NCBI GenBank assembly: GCA_949002095.1
Contig: CARJMT010000007.1
Location: forward strand, 70,024-134,023
DNA from: an uncultured Lachnospira sp.
GTDB taxonomy: Bacteria > Bacillota > Clostridia > Lachnospirales > Lachnospiraceae
DNA length: 64,000 nucleotides
Direction of reading: 5' to 3'
In this document: one piece after another, positions 28,427-39,387 of the stretch
Layout of the letters: each line of letters opens with the position of its first letter
How positions within the stretch are numbered: the first letter of the stretch is position 1
Position numbers and translations under genes: made by a program
The notes under the pieces: model-generated
Told to the model about the DNA's origin: nothing
Seen by the model: only the letters and a program-made list of their open reading frames with translations
The model's database searches: none

Positions 28427-30445
28427 TTATATCCTTTCTAATGCACGTACACAAGAGAGAGTCATAATGCTAGTAATGTCAAGCGGCAATGTGATATTAT
28501 TTATCATATAATCTCCATAAATTCCGCTCACAGTATCTCTTACTGTAATACGTGTATTTGGTTCTAAGTAAAAGATAGGAATTGCACTCACTGTAATACT
28601 CTCATTGTAGCTAGTATACTGATGCAACATCTGTCTTACTACATTATATGCAGAATTAAACTTACCTCCGCCAGTAATCATGCTAAATAAGTTTTGACTT
28701 AATTGTATATAATCTTGCCCCTTATTTTCACACTCTTGTCTTAACTCAGCAATATCTTCTGCCGCCTGATTTAATAATACTAAATCTGGTATCTCAGGCT
28801 CAAATACACAGTTAACTTTATCATCATTCACTACTTTTGTGCGGCGACCAATATTTGCAATACTAATTTCAGATATATCCGCCCCAGTATCAATAAAATC
28901 TAAATAGAAATCAATATCACTTGGATACTTCAATACTTCATCAAAAAACTTCCCATTCTCTACATCATAGAGCTTAGGCCATTCATTCTTTAACTCAGTA
29001 TAATAATAATTAGAATCTATTGCTAATGGGTCACTCACACTTCCGCTTAGATATAATTCTGTCCGCCAATCTTTAGTAGTTATAGCTTTCAATCCTATTG
29101 TTATTTCATCATAAGTTTTCAGCTTTGGGTTCCACTCATATATCTTCTTTGTAGAAGAGTCCATATAGAAAACTTCCTCAACTCCAACAAGAGGAAACTG
29201 ACTTTTATTAGGAAATATCGTAGGACATTTAGCTTTTATAATCTTATCTTCTGGGTCTTCATAAAAGAAAACCTGATAAGTATTTCCTGCCTGCGGTTTG
29301 CGGTCAATAGCAAGATGATAACGTAAAGGATAAGTTCTACCTTCAACATCTTCACGGATGCCCCATACAATAAAGTCATTCTTTATCATATTATACTGCG
29401 GCGTGTTGCTATAAGAAGTAATTAAGGTACTATCATCAAAGGTATATACTGACCTTCCTTTTGTGTAGTCCGCAAGGTAATCTTCTTTTCGTATCTTATC
29501 CAATTCTACCGTTGCATGGCTTGTATTTAGATAATTCTTTATCTCTTGAAATACAAAGTTTCCATCTACATCATAGAAGTATTCATAGTTGCCTAAGACA
29601 GCTTTAATCTTATCTAATACATCACATACTGAATTACCAGCATCAGCAATCAATTCATCTGGATAAATAAAATCTGTGTAAATATATCCAACATCGCTAC
29701 CATACTCATACATCTTATATGAACCCGCGGCAGCCGCCTCCGCACCATCAGTAGTAGGAGTATATTGGATTGAATTTCCATCTGTCTTTTGTATAATGTA
29801 AAGTGGAGAACTTCCAACCCATTTCATTACCTTTTTTATTCTAGTGTCCAAATCACTAATAATAATCTTTCCAAGCTGCTCTCCGCCAAAGTGGTTAACT
29901 GCCTCTTGTATTATTTGGTAAATAGTAGGTTGAAGAATAACATACTCTCCATCTTCATTAACGGTTTCATATTCATGGAAAACTGTTGAGGCTGGTATTA
30001 CGCCGCCGCATTCTCCATTTAAAAGACACATCTTATCCTTTAGTTGTAGTGAAATGGTAACCCCAGAAGTTCCGCTTGAAATAGATGGATTTATAATAAC
30101 ATATATTCCAAGCGGGAACCAAATAATTGGGAACTGACCATAATACTCTGTAGTATTCAAAATACCAATCTCTAAATCCACTTTCTTGTTGATTGAGATT
30201 AAATTATTTACATTAGTCAAATCATTCTCATACTCTTGAGCTACCATAGTTAAATTACAAGTTCTTCTAATGCTAGAAGTTCCGTCTAAATTCACATTCC
30301 CGCTTATTACCTGACCTTGTATTGTTCTAATAGGTTTCTCTACAAAATCAAGTAAAGTTATTCTAACATATTGTTCTTTATTTTGTAATTTATCTACTAC
30401 TTGTAGAAAGGCAGAGTCTTTTAAATAAGGGTAATTCTTTCTCAT
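28427..30445 (-). CDS. Baseplate/tail structural protein (672 aa)
   Basis: Position and size. Confidence 0.45.
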   Translation of the reverse strand: MRKNYPYLKDSAFLQVVDKLQNKEQYVRITLLDFVEKPIRTIQGQVISGNVNLDGTSSIRRTCNLTMVAQEYENDLTNVNNLISINKKVDLEIGILNTTEYYGQFPIIWFPLGIYVIINPSISSGTSGVTISLQLKDKMCLLNGECGGVIPASTVFHEYETVNEDGEYVILQPTIYQIIQEAVNHFGGEQLGKIIISDLDTRIKKVMKWVGSSPLYIIQKTDGNSIQYTPTTDGAEAAAAGSYKMYEYGSDVGYIYTDFIYPDELIADAGNSVCDVLDKIKAVLGNYEYFYDVDGNFVFQEIKNYLNTSHATVELDKIRKEDYLADYTKGRSVYTFDDSTLITSYSNTPQYNMIKNDFIVWGIREDVEGRTYPLRYHLAIDRKPQAGNTYQVFFYEDPEDKIIKAKCPTIFPNKSQFPLVGVEEVFYMDSSTKKIYEWNPKLKTYDEITIGLKAITTKDWRTELYLSGSVSDPLAIDSNYYYTELKNEWPKLYDVENGKFFDEVLKYPSDIDFYLDFIDTGADISEISIANIGRRTKVVNDDKVNCVFEPEIPDLVLLNQAAEDIAELRQECENKGQDYIQLSQNLFSMITGGGKFNSAYNVVRQMLHQYTSYNESITVSAIPIFYLEPNTRITVRDTVSGIYGDYMINNITLPLDITSIMTLSCVRALERI

Positions 30446-33181
30446 TTAGTACTCTCCTTTCATCAATTCATAAATATAATCAATTAACGCGTCCGTTGGA
30501 CATTGCACTACATTGTCATCAGAAAACTCATACCAATCTGCATGGTAAAAGACATATCTCTTATCTCCAACAGTATAAATACCATTTTTAACAGGTTGAG
30601 TTATATCAACTAATGAATCTGACTCATTAGGAATAATTCTAAACTCATTGTCTTTTACTTCCATATTACTGTGAGTTCCAACTACAACTGCATTACCTCT
30701 TATCTTAAAATAGTTTGCATTTAACTTAATACAACCATTCTCCATATCTAAAGCATCTTCTTTTATTTCTTCCAACGTACTATCTTCCACTTTGACAATT
30801 TGTTCTTCTAAATATTCTTCATTAGCTTCATACAGCTGAATCCCGCCGAAATGTAAACCATTAACAACAGCATCAGGGTCATAAAACTCTAATACTCCAG
30901 TTGGACCAATTTCATGTTTGAAGAAGTCATCATCAAATGAATCTCTTACGTAAACTATCGTTCCAGGTACTGCTTCTATTGTTACCTTATTTAATGACAA
31001 AAGCTGTTGATGGTACGCTGTATAGTTCAATAAATACTTCTGATAAATTCTCAAGAAGACATTCTCATCAACGTCAAACGTATCTCCCATTTGACCCACT
31101 TTTGTATAGAAGTACATCTTATTATATAATAAGCTAGTATTCTCTGTTTGGTCTACTTCAATCATATAATCAATAGTAACAGTTGATGCAACAGGAAAGA
31201 CAACTGATGTAATCTCCGTATCTTCATCAATTAACTCATAGAAACCGCGCGGACTTACGATAATAGGTTTGTTGTTAATGTAAACAATGTAACCTAATGC
31301 AGTATTCTCATTTGGTTTCTCTCCATCTGGCAATGGCATTGTAGTACCATTAGCCGCAGTCTTTATTAAGTATGGTGGCATATCAAATTCCAATCGCAAC
31401 CATTTAATAAATTTAACTGAGTTAATATATTTTTCAGTTGTTCTTTCTGCGTATTTCTCTTGTAGCATTTTTAAAACATCTTGTTTTTCGCCTTCATAAG
31501 TTCCTTGTAGTTGCCCTAATGTAGCGAATGTATATTTTAAAAATCTACTATAAGTTCCCACTGACTGAATACCATACTTTTCAAAGTTAGGTAATGAACA
31601 ATCATCAATCTCATATGCAGTTGCATTGAATGTATATAACATTCTTCCTAAAGTCTGATTAGGTGTAAATGAGATATCCATCAACTTAACTAAGATATTT
31701 CCTTCTGTTGTAGAACGAAATAGCTTAATTGTATTTGCATGAAGAAAGTCCATTACTTTCTCTCTGAACTCCCGCTCATAAATAAAATCTTGGTATTCAT
31801 CAATATCATTAACATCGTTGTAATTATCATAATAGGTAATTGCACTTCCGAATGTATTTTTCCTATTGATAAAGATACCCTCTTCGTCACAAAAGGCAGT
31901 AATTAAGCCAGAAATAGGAAACTGTCTATAACCAACATTTCCATTGCGGCGGATGACTGGATATTTAGAGCCTAAGGTGTCCGTTCTAGACTCCAACATA
32001 GTTTTCTTAAAAGAAGCTATTTGCGGATTATATTTTAATCTAATCTGCATATCTCCTCTTGTTAAGAACATATCATCGAATACTGCCATTACTGGATATC
32101 TAATATTTACAACCGCTCCGCGGTCTCCCTTGGAGTTTCTTCTTTGTGCACAATATCTATACCAAACTCCGCTCTCTATGGTATAATCGTACCAAGTGTA
32201 ATTTAACACTTTACCTTCTGCGATAGTAGTTTCATGTATATCTTCCCATATAGTGAAATTACTTTCACTAGAAGAACGTCTAATGGTTAAGTTTCCGAAG
32301 AAGATTTCTGTAATAGTTGCTACTATGTCAATCTTCACTCTACCAAACTCTTCTTCTAATGTCGCAGTTACAGTTGCGTCTAGCGAATCTATTGTATTCT
32401 GAATAATTGAGAATGTATAAGAAACACTATCAGTATATTCATTTACAGTAGTATAGCTAAATACAACTTTATATGTTACTCCATCCTCCAAAGCCGCCTT
32501 TAGAGTATAGTTAATTTCATTTGGATTATATGTATTTGTATATACGTCTTGACTATCATAGACCAAAGCATTTGTAGATGTTCTATATATTTTTACTCTA
32601 TATAGTTTAAGATATTCTTTTTCAATTTCCGCATCCTCTTCATAATACATACTTCCAACAAATTCGACTACTTCAGAAGTAAAAATAATCTCATGTTCAT
32701 CTATATTTTCAAAACCTTTTAAATATAATTCAGGCTTTTGTATTCCTTTAATTAAACAAACGGTTGACCATTCAGAAAAGAATTTTTGATTATCAATCAA
32801 CCATTTAGCAATTTGATTAGAACTACTTAAATTAGTAGCTCCAGCTCCAGTAAAGCGGAGTTGAACCTTATAATATTGATTTAATTCAAAAACTCCGCTT
32901 TGCAGGTCTTCTGGGTTAATAGTAACAAAATACTTATCATCTCCATCTCTACTTTCATCCTTTTGTAAAGTAGCAAGTTTGATTCCTGCTGGATATAAAT
33001 TAGGAGCTAAAGCAGATAAATTTGTATTTTGATTGCTAATAACAATTTGTACATTTTTAATTTCTTCTACACTATTATAAATAGATAAAGAAAAATATAT
33101 TTTACATGCCGTGGTTCTAACAAAAGCAGGCATGTAAGTATCCACTATTGGCGGATATAAATTATTTCCTATTCCAGGCAT
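30446..33181 (-). CDS. Large tail/baseplate structural protein (911 aa)
   Basis: Position and size. Confidence 0.45.
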   Translation of the reverse strand: MPGIGNNLYPPIVDTYMPAFVRTTACKIYFSLSIYNSVEEIKNVQIVISNQNTNLSALAPNLYPAGIKLATLQKDESRDGDDKYFVTINPEDLQSGVFELNQYYKVQLRFTGAGATNLSSSNQIAKWLIDNQKFFSEWSTVCLIKGIQKPELYLKGFENIDEHEIIFTSEVVEFVGSMYYEEDAEIEKEYLKLYRVKIYRTSTNALVYDSQDVYTNTYNPNEINYTLKAALEDGVTYKVVFSYTTVNEYTDSVSYTFSIIQNTIDSLDATVTATLEEEFGRVKIDIVATITEIFFGNLTIRRSSSESNFTIWEDIHETTIAEGKVLNYTWYDYTIESGVWYRYCAQRRNSKGDRGAVVNIRYPVMAVFDDMFLTRGDMQIRLKYNPQIASFKKTMLESRTDTLGSKYPVIRRNGNVGYRQFPISGLITAFCDEEGIFINRKNTFGSAITYYDNYNDVNDIDEYQDFIYEREFREKVMDFLHANTIKLFRSTTEGNILVKLMDISFTPNQTLGRMLYTFNATAYEIDDCSLPNFEKYGIQSVGTYSRFLKYTFATLGQLQGTYEGEKQDVLKMLQEKYAERTTEKYINSVKFIKWLRLEFDMPPYLIKTAANGTTMPLPDGEKPNENTALGYIVYINNKPIIVSPRGFYELIDEDTEITSVVFPVASTVTIDYMIEVDQTENTSLLYNKMYFYTKVGQMGDTFDVDENVFLRIYQKYLLNYTAYHQQLLSLNKVTIEAVPGTIVYVRDSFDDDFFKHEIGPTGVLEFYDPDAVVNGLHFGGIQLYEANEEYLEEQIVKVEDSTLEEIKEDALDMENGCIKLNANYFKIRGNAVVVGTHSNMEVKDNEFRIIPNESDSLVDITQPVKNGIYTVGDKRYVFYHADWYEFSDDNVVQCPTDALIDYIYELMKGEY

Positions 33182-33211
33182 GATAAAATACTCCTTTTCT
33201 CTCCTTAAAAA

Positions 33212-33724
33212 TTATACTGGCGGATGTTTTGGTAAATCTCTAATTTCTTCCATTAAACTTTCAACAAATGAATTTCCGCCTTCATCTTCATAATGTTTAA
33301 ATCGTTTTTCTAAACAGTCTAAACTATAATCATCAATCCATTGTCTTTCGTAACAAAAAGAATGATGCTTTTCTGTGATATAAGATTTTATATCATCTTT
33401 ATCTGAGTCAATAAGCATATTTATTTTATCTGTTAGAAAATCAATCTGTTCATTAATTCTTTTAAAATTAGCACTCATCTCTTCTTTTTTTTCATTAAAT
33501 TTTTTTTCTTTTTCTTCAAAAAATTCAGTGATATCGCTAATTTCATTTTGAATCTTATCTTTATCTTCTTTTTCTTTTAAATTCTTATTGTATCCTTGCT
33601 GAATGCGAGTTTTTCCCCAATCATAAAATGTAATAGCTTCTTTTATAGCTAAACAAATAACAATAAAGAAAATAATAATTTGTGATAAAGAATAAGTCTC
33701 TAACAATTTTATCATATTGAGCAT
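33212..33724 (-). CDS. Membrane-anchored coiled-coil protein (N-terminal TM helix), hypothetical
   Basis: IIIFFIVICLAIKEAITF TM segment followed by a charged coiled coil. Confidence 0.4.
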   Translation of the reverse strand: MLNMIKLLETYSLSQIIIFFIVICLAIKEAITFYDWGKTRIQQGYNKNLKEKEDKDKIQNEISDITEFFEEKEKKFNEKKEEMSANFKRINEQIDFLTDKINMLIDSDKDDIKSYITEKHHSFCYERQWIDDYSLDCLEKRFKHYEDEGGNSFVESLMEEIRDLPKHPPV

Positions 33725-33785
33725 CCTCCTTCATTATTTACTTATAATATGAAAATATAATTAAAGTAATGAAGGAGGATTGACC

Positions 33786-34040
33786 TTATTGCTTATTCTT
33801 CATTGCTTCAATTTCTTCTTCTGTATATTCAACAGGAATAGTAACCTCTTGAGTTTCTTCAATCTCTTCAGAAACTTGTTTTTGTTTTGCCATTGCTAAT
33901 TCATTACGATATGTGTTAAAAGCAGTCTGCACTTCGTTATATATATCTTTAATAACATAATATTTTGCACTAATAGGTAATGGACTTTCATTTATAACAT
34001 CACATAACCCATCACATAGTTGAATTGTATAATCTTCCAT
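33786..34040 (-). CDS. Hypothetical small protein
   Basis: ORF with RBS ggag. Confidence 0.35.
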   Translation of the reverse strand: MEDYTIQLCDGLCDVINESPLPISAKYYVIKDIYNEVQTAFNTYRNELAMAKQKQVSEEIEETQEVTIPVEYTEEEIEAMKNKQ

Positions 34041-34060
34041 TTTTATCTCCTTTTATCTCT

Positions 34061-37000
34061 TTAACTATCTGTATCAGATTTTGAATCTCCAATTTCACTT
34101 GTAGCTTCATAAAGAATACCATCATAAAAATTAAGTTCTCTTTTCATATAACTTAATGTAACAGTAATACTTGAAATTAATGGTGTTGAGATGCCTGCTA
34201 TGCTGCTATGACCAACTGATATTCCTAATCCAGTAATTCTTGATATAAATTTAATAGAACTACTACCGTCATATCTTTGCCCTGATTTTCCATTATTTAA
34301 TCTAACACCTTTAGGACCAATATTTATTCCACTCACCTCAGGATGAGTTGTATTTGCCCCTATTCTTAAATAACCACCATTATCACTTGTAACATTTAGA
34401 TAAGAATTAATAGTTACTTTATCAGCAGTTAATGTATCAACTACTAAATCTTTAATATAAGTTGGTAAACTTTTATTTCCTACTGTAGTTCTTCCAGCGG
34501 TTAAATTAGTTCCGCCATTATTTAAAGTTGTTCCTCCTAATTTAATACTTCCACCAGTAACTTCAACATCAGTAAATTTAGCATGTCCAGCGCTATTTAT
34601 ACTAGCAGCACCAATAGTAAGACTACCACCTGTAATGGTTACATTTGCAAAACTGGCTGAACCATCTGAATTTAATCTCCAACTTCCAGTATAAATACTA
34701 CTGTTAGAAATTGTACATCCACCTATTCTTCCCCCTGATGCGGTTATATTATTAAATGAAGCTGAACCGTTAGCATTAATATACCAAGTTCCTTGACTGG
34801 AGCTAGAATGAATGCCATTTTCAGTAATAGTACAGTTACCAATAGTTCCTCCTTTATCAGCTTTAATTCTGTTAAAAGTCGCAGTTCCCGCACTATTTAT
34901 AGACCACTCATATGAACTTCCACCTTTTAAAGTACCATTAGAACGTAATTCCATATGACCATCTGTAGCACTTAATTTATTACTACTAATTAGCCATCCG
35001 CCAATAGTACCTCCAGTAGCAGTAATATATTTAGCTAACATATTACCTTGACGGTCTACTGCAAATTTTTTACCTAATCTAATACCATCCGTTCCTAGAT
35101 ATACAGAAGAAGTTTGAGCACTATCTCCTACAGAAACTTTATTACTATCTGTTGTAATATAAGAAGCATTAGCATTATATCCGATATAAGACTCACTACC
35201 ACCATCAATAGTCCAATATTTTCCATTCGCGGAAACAGCACCATTACCAACTCTTACCACACCAGTATTATCAGCATAGAATTTCTTTCCTAATGAAATC
35301 ATTCCAGTACTAATATAAACAGAATTAGTATCTCCCATATTTCCATATTTAATATAAGAATTAGAAGAATTTCCATTAATTTCCCAATGCTTGCTAGTTT
35401 TTGCAACAGCACCATTACCAACTCTTACCACACCAGTATTATCAGCATAGAATTTACTACCGATTGATAATCCACTTCCGCTTAAATAAAAACCATTTCT
35501 AGTATTATCTAATCTATTTTTACTATTAGAATAAATCTCTGGTTCTCCAGTTGTACTAAAAACTAAACTACTGGTTACTGTACTTCCATCTTTATTATAG
35601 CTGCTTCTTAAAGATAATCCATCTTGGCTTAAATAAAAACCAACCGCAGTTGAAGTTAAACTATTGTGATTATTAGAATAGATAACTGGGGTATTAGTAT
35701 TGGTTTTCATCAATATCTTTCCGCCACCAGAGCTTACTAATCCTAATCCCTCAGGACTTAAATGGAATCCAACTGTATTACTATCAAGTGTAGTTTTAAC
35801 TCCAGAATAAATTTTTGTATTCTTAGAATCTAAAGTAATTTTTCTATTTGTATATGGAGCTGGGCTATATAATTCAGTATTTGTAATTTGCCATCCTGCA
35901 ATAGAACCTCCACCTTTTGCAGTTAAATGTCCTTCTTTATTTACTTCAAAATTTCCGCTGCCGAAACGAATTTGTGGAGTCGTTAAATCTATCTCCATAC
36001 CAGTTCCAGTACCATCTGGTTTATAAACAAAATTACCTGAATATATCCTTGCAGTATTTTGAGTAGGGTCAATAGTAATTTGACCTTTTCCATTCGCTCC
36101 AAATACTGCCTTACCAGTCTTAGCATCTAAAAAGATACTTCTTACACCTTTAGCATATCCAATCAATCCAATATCAGCACCAGACTGATTTGTTTCTTTT
36201 ACCTTACCCATAACAACACCAGTAAAGCTGTTGTCATTTTCCTTTATTCCAGCTCCTACTTGAGGTGCTAAAATAAATCCACCATCTTTGTCAATATTAA
36301 CACTATTTCCATCCCAACCATTTATAGCAGAATTTCCATATCTATTTAACATCAGATGAACTGGAATATGGATACGAGCAATTTCAGTCCCAGATTTTCT
36401 CACAATTCCTTCGATAGCATTAGTCACACATTGTCCATCATAATCATCTAAAGGCTTAACCGCTTTTTGATTTGCTAGACACATCTCTAATAATCTATCT
36501 CCTAAGTTAATGCTAGGAATCCAACCTTTCTCATAAATACGTCCTAAATAAGACCATTCATAAGTTACTGCATAGGCGGAAGTTGTCTTTAAACTTACAT
36601 CTTCATCATATCCACTTATTTTTTGAGTTACTGTCAATTCAAAAGGATAAGAATTGTCATATCTTGGTCTTTTTCCATCAGAACTATAAACCGCGTTAAC
36701 AAATCCTGTTCCTTCTTTTAAATTCACTCTGTAATTATTATTGCGTATTTTAACTGTAATAAGTGGAAGTGTCGCATAATACACTACTCCATCATACTCA
36801 AGTTCCGCCTTAACAATATGTGCAGGTGAATCATTTCTATATCCAGAATATGTAAAAATACCAGTATTCTCATTTACAATCAATCCGCTACTATCCAATA
36901 CGCCTGCATTATACTTATTCTGCAAAATGCTCCATTTAATAGTAGCTTGTTTTCCTTCTGTTGAACGCGCAGAAGTTACACTATCCAATACTTTACTTTC

Positions 37001-39274
37001 ATTGTGCCATAACTGAACTCTAAAGAATCTATTTGCTAATGGAGTTTGATAGTTTAAAGACCAGCTATAATCACTTAACTCAGTAATAGTTGGATACATA
37101 GGCACTTCTCTCCCAGATATTGTATTAGGAACAATACGACAAAAGAACTCAGTACCGTTGGTTCCTGCGTCTCCCTCCTTAGTAAATACTAAATCAGTCT
37201 TAGCAGATAAACTCATGCCTTTATAGTTAATCATCACTTGAATATCATTATTATTCTTAGTAATATCATATCTATCTTGAATTTCATAAGCAAAAGACAT
37301 GAAATCTTTATATATCCTAATTCCTTTTTCTAAGTCCTCTTCATACTTCTCATAAGAATTAGGAATTTTAATCATAGTATTTTCAATAGGAACAATCCAT
37401 TGAATACTACTATGTCTAACAATCTCATCATCAATGCGGTTTCCCAAATTATCATAAACACTAAATGTCAATGCTTTGATTTCGATAGGACTATCAACCG
37501 CATTACTTGCTGAACTAACACCATTTTCGTCATATTTAAACACACAAGAGCCATCATGAATAATTATAGAATATGAGCCTTCTGCGGTTAAGCTGTTCGT
37601 AAGCACGATAGATGCAGTTCCAAGATACAAATTACCTTGATATACTGTACATTGGTATGTGCTAAAATCAGTTATAGTATTTACATTTAAGTTCCAAATA
37701 GTATTTCTATCTACTCTTGTAATCTTATCATATTTATTTAATTCTGCTCTATACCAATTCAATCTATCTCTATTTGGTTCAAGTGGAACAAGTTCTTTTT
37801 GAATATTATCTAATAGTGTATGGTAATTATTCCATGCTTCCAAATATTCTTTGTTAATATCAGGAGTATCTGCTATACTTTCAAAGTTACCTACATTATT
37901 AGTTACCGCCCATGAGTATGTTAAATTATTATCTTCTTTTCCGTTCACTAAACATCTCAAAGTAGGATATCCAATATCAAAATAAAATTTGGTTCCTTCG
38001 CTTGAATCAATAGTAATGTTATATCCAGATGCTAAGTTTTTTATAACAATAGTCTTTGTTATAACAGTTCCGTCATAAACTACTGCACATTTGTACTTAA
38101 CTTCTTTAGCTATAATATCACGCTTAGATACTGTCCATTTATATGAAGATGGAATCCACTCTACTACTTCTGGGTCAGTATCAGTAGCCTTCTTAATAAC
38201 GGTATAATTATTTAGACACTTCCATCCTTGTCCGCCGAACTTATTATAATAAGTGCTTTCAGATGTAATGCCTACATGCTCTATAAACCAATAGAAAGGG
38301 AGTTGTTGGGATTTATTATCAATAACCTTTCCTTTAACGCGGACTTGCGCTTCAATACTTCTAGTATCTGAGATTAGGGAAGTGCTATCGAAATAAATAC
38401 CTTGTGGAGTATGGAAAGTTAGGCTATAGTTACTTAAATCATCTTCACTTAGACGTTCTGCTCCACATAATTCTATATCTTTAATAAATATATCATCAAT
38501 ACATTGACTATCTGGTTTAGTATTAGGAAAGTCATAACAAAATATACTAATACTTTCTACATCAATAAAATTTTCTCCATCAATATCAAAAATACCATAT
38601 TGTCTTGTATCATACAATATTTTATATGGATTTCCGCGCATTTTATCAACGTCCACAGTATAATATCTTGTTACAACGGAATTATTAGTGTTATCAGTGA
38701 AATTTAGCGCAAAGATAAGACCATAATTTCCTCTAAATTGTTGTTCTGCGGGAAGTGCAGTTCTAATCACCGCGCCGCAAATGATAGTCTGCTGGTTTTT
38801 GATATACTCATTTATTGCAGTCTTATTTAAGTTAATCAAGTTCTGATTTACAGTATATTGCTTACTATATAGAACTTTAACTTGTTTATCTTTTCTATAT
38901 GACTGTAAATTAAAAGATGCAGATGAGTTCATAATACAGTTATTACCAACTACTTGATATGCTTCATCGCCTTCTATTGTAGCCACATAGTTAATTCCTA
39001 ATTTTTTAGTTGTACCTAAAATGGTTTTATCAGCCTCTGTATTATTACCTGGAATCAAAATATATACAGTTGAACCATTTGTATAAGTAACTTCTGAATT
39101 GCCTGAATATGCATAGAAGGTACTATCTTGGTATTTAACCTTATATTTTCCTATTGTTGCGTCTACGCAACTAATTACAGTAGCTTGAATAGTCTTGTCA
39201 TAATTTGCTTGGTCTATTGCTCGTTCAACGATGATTTCAATAGCATCACAAATTTGTTGTTCTATCATATTCAT
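34061..39274 (-). CDS. Giant tail-fibre / tail-tip protein (1737 aa) with C-terminal tandem beta-helix-like repeats
   Basis: A KFYADNTGVVRVGNGAV block is duplicated; Gly/Ser/Thr/Asn-rich repeats GSASFxN(I/V)T.(S/T)GG.(I/L)..G; lies directly downstream of the tape-measure gene. Confidence 0.55.
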   Translation of the reverse strand: MNMIEQQICDAIEIIVERAIDQANYDKTIQATVISCVDATIGKYKVKYQDSTFYAYSGNSEVTYTNGSTVYILIPGNNTEADKTILGTTKKLGINYVATIEGDEAYQVVGNNCIMNSSASFNLQSYRKDKQVKVLYSKQYTVNQNLINLNKTAINEYIKNQQTIICGAVIRTALPAEQQFRGNYGLIFALNFTDNTNNSVVTRYYTVDVDKMRGNPYKILYDTRQYGIFDIDGENFIDVESISIFCYDFPNTKPDSQCIDDIFIKDIELCGAERLSEDDLSNYSLTFHTPQGIYFDSTSLISDTRSIEAQVRVKGKVIDNKSQQLPFYWFIEHVGITSESTYYNKFGGQGWKCLNNYTVIKKATDTDPEVVEWIPSSYKWTVSKRDIIAKEVKYKCAVVYDGTVITKTIVIKNLASGYNITIDSSEGTKFYFDIGYPTLRCLVNGKEDNNLTYSWAVTNNVGNFESIADTPDINKEYLEAWNNYHTLLDNIQKELVPLEPNRDRLNWYRAELNKYDKITRVDRNTIWNLNVNTITDFSTYQCTVYQGNLYLGTASIVLTNSLTAEGSYSIIIHDGSCVFKYDENGVSSASNAVDSPIEIKALTFSVYDNLGNRIDDEIVRHSSIQWIVPIENTMIKIPNSYEKYEEDLEKGIRIYKDFMSFAYEIQDRYDITKNNNDIQVMINYKGMSLSAKTDLVFTKEGDAGTNGTEFFCRIVPNTISGREVPMYPTITELSDYSWSLNYQTPLANRFFRVQLWHNESKVLDSVTSARSTEGKQATIKWSILQNKYNAGVLDSSGLIVNENTGIFTYSGYRNDSPAHIVKAELEYDGVVYYATLPLITVKIRNNNYRVNLKEGTGFVNAVYSSDGKRPRYDNSYPFELTVTQKISGYDEDVSLKTTSAYAVTYEWSYLGRIYEKGWIPSINLGDRLLEMCLANQKAVKPLDDYDGQCVTNAIEGIVRKSGTEIARIHIPVHLMLNRYGNSAINGWDGNSVNIDKDGGFILAPQVGAGIKENDNSFTGVVMGKVKETNQSGADIGLIGYAKGVRSIFLDAKTGKAVFGANGKGQITIDPTQNTARIYSGNFVYKPDGTGTGMEIDLTTPQIRFGSGNFEVNKEGHLTAKGGGSIAGWQITNTELYSPAPYTNRKITLDSKNTKIYSGVKTTLDSNTVGFHLSPEGLGLVSSGGGKILMKTNTNTPVIYSNNHNSLTSTAVGFYLSQDGLSLRSSYNKDGSTVTSSLVFSTTGEPEIYSNSKNRLDNTRNGFYLSGSGLSIGSKFYADNTGVVRVGNGAVAKTSKHWEINGNSSNSYIKYGNMGDTNSVYISTGMISLGKKFYADNTGVVRVGNGAVSANGKYWTIDGGSESYIGYNANASYITTDSNKVSVGDSAQTSSVYLGTDGIRLGKKFAVDRQGNMLAKYITATGGTIGGWLISSNKLSATDGHMELRSNGTLKGGSSYEWSINSAGTATFNRIKADKGGTIGNCTITENGIHSSSSQGTWYINANGSASFNNITASGGRIGGCTISNSSIYTGSWRLNSDGSASFANVTITGGSLTIGAASINSAGHAKFTDVEVTGGSIKLGGTTLNNGGTNLTAGRTTVGNKSLPTYIKDLVVDTLTADKVTINSYLNVTSDNGGYLRIGANTTHPEVSGINIGPKGVRLNNGKSGQRYDGSSSIKFISRITGLGISVGHSSIAGISTPLISSITVTLSYMKRELNFYDGILYEATSEIGDSKSDTDS

Positions 39275-39302
39275 TGCTATACTCTACTCCTTTTCTCTCT
39301 TT

Positions 39303-39331
39303 ATTCTAACATAATATTATTTTTTTGTCAA
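39303..39331 (-). promoter_or_regulatory. Promoter on the - strand: TTGACA, 17-bp spacer, TAGAAT
   Basis: Reverse complement of tgtcaa at 39326-39331 and of attcta at 39303-39308; lies upstream of the 1737-aa gene. Confidence 0.55.
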
Positions 39332-39349
39332 GTTTATTTAAGACAAATG

Positions 39350-39380
39350 ACCAAAATAAGGGAGAGCGTAAGCTCTCCCT
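39350..39380 (-). terminator. Intrinsic terminator after the tape-measure gene (agggagagc-gtaa-gctctccct)
   Basis: 9-bp perfect stem at 39359-39380; a U-rich tract follows on the - strand. Confidence 0.6.
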
Positions 39381-39387
39381 AGTTTGA

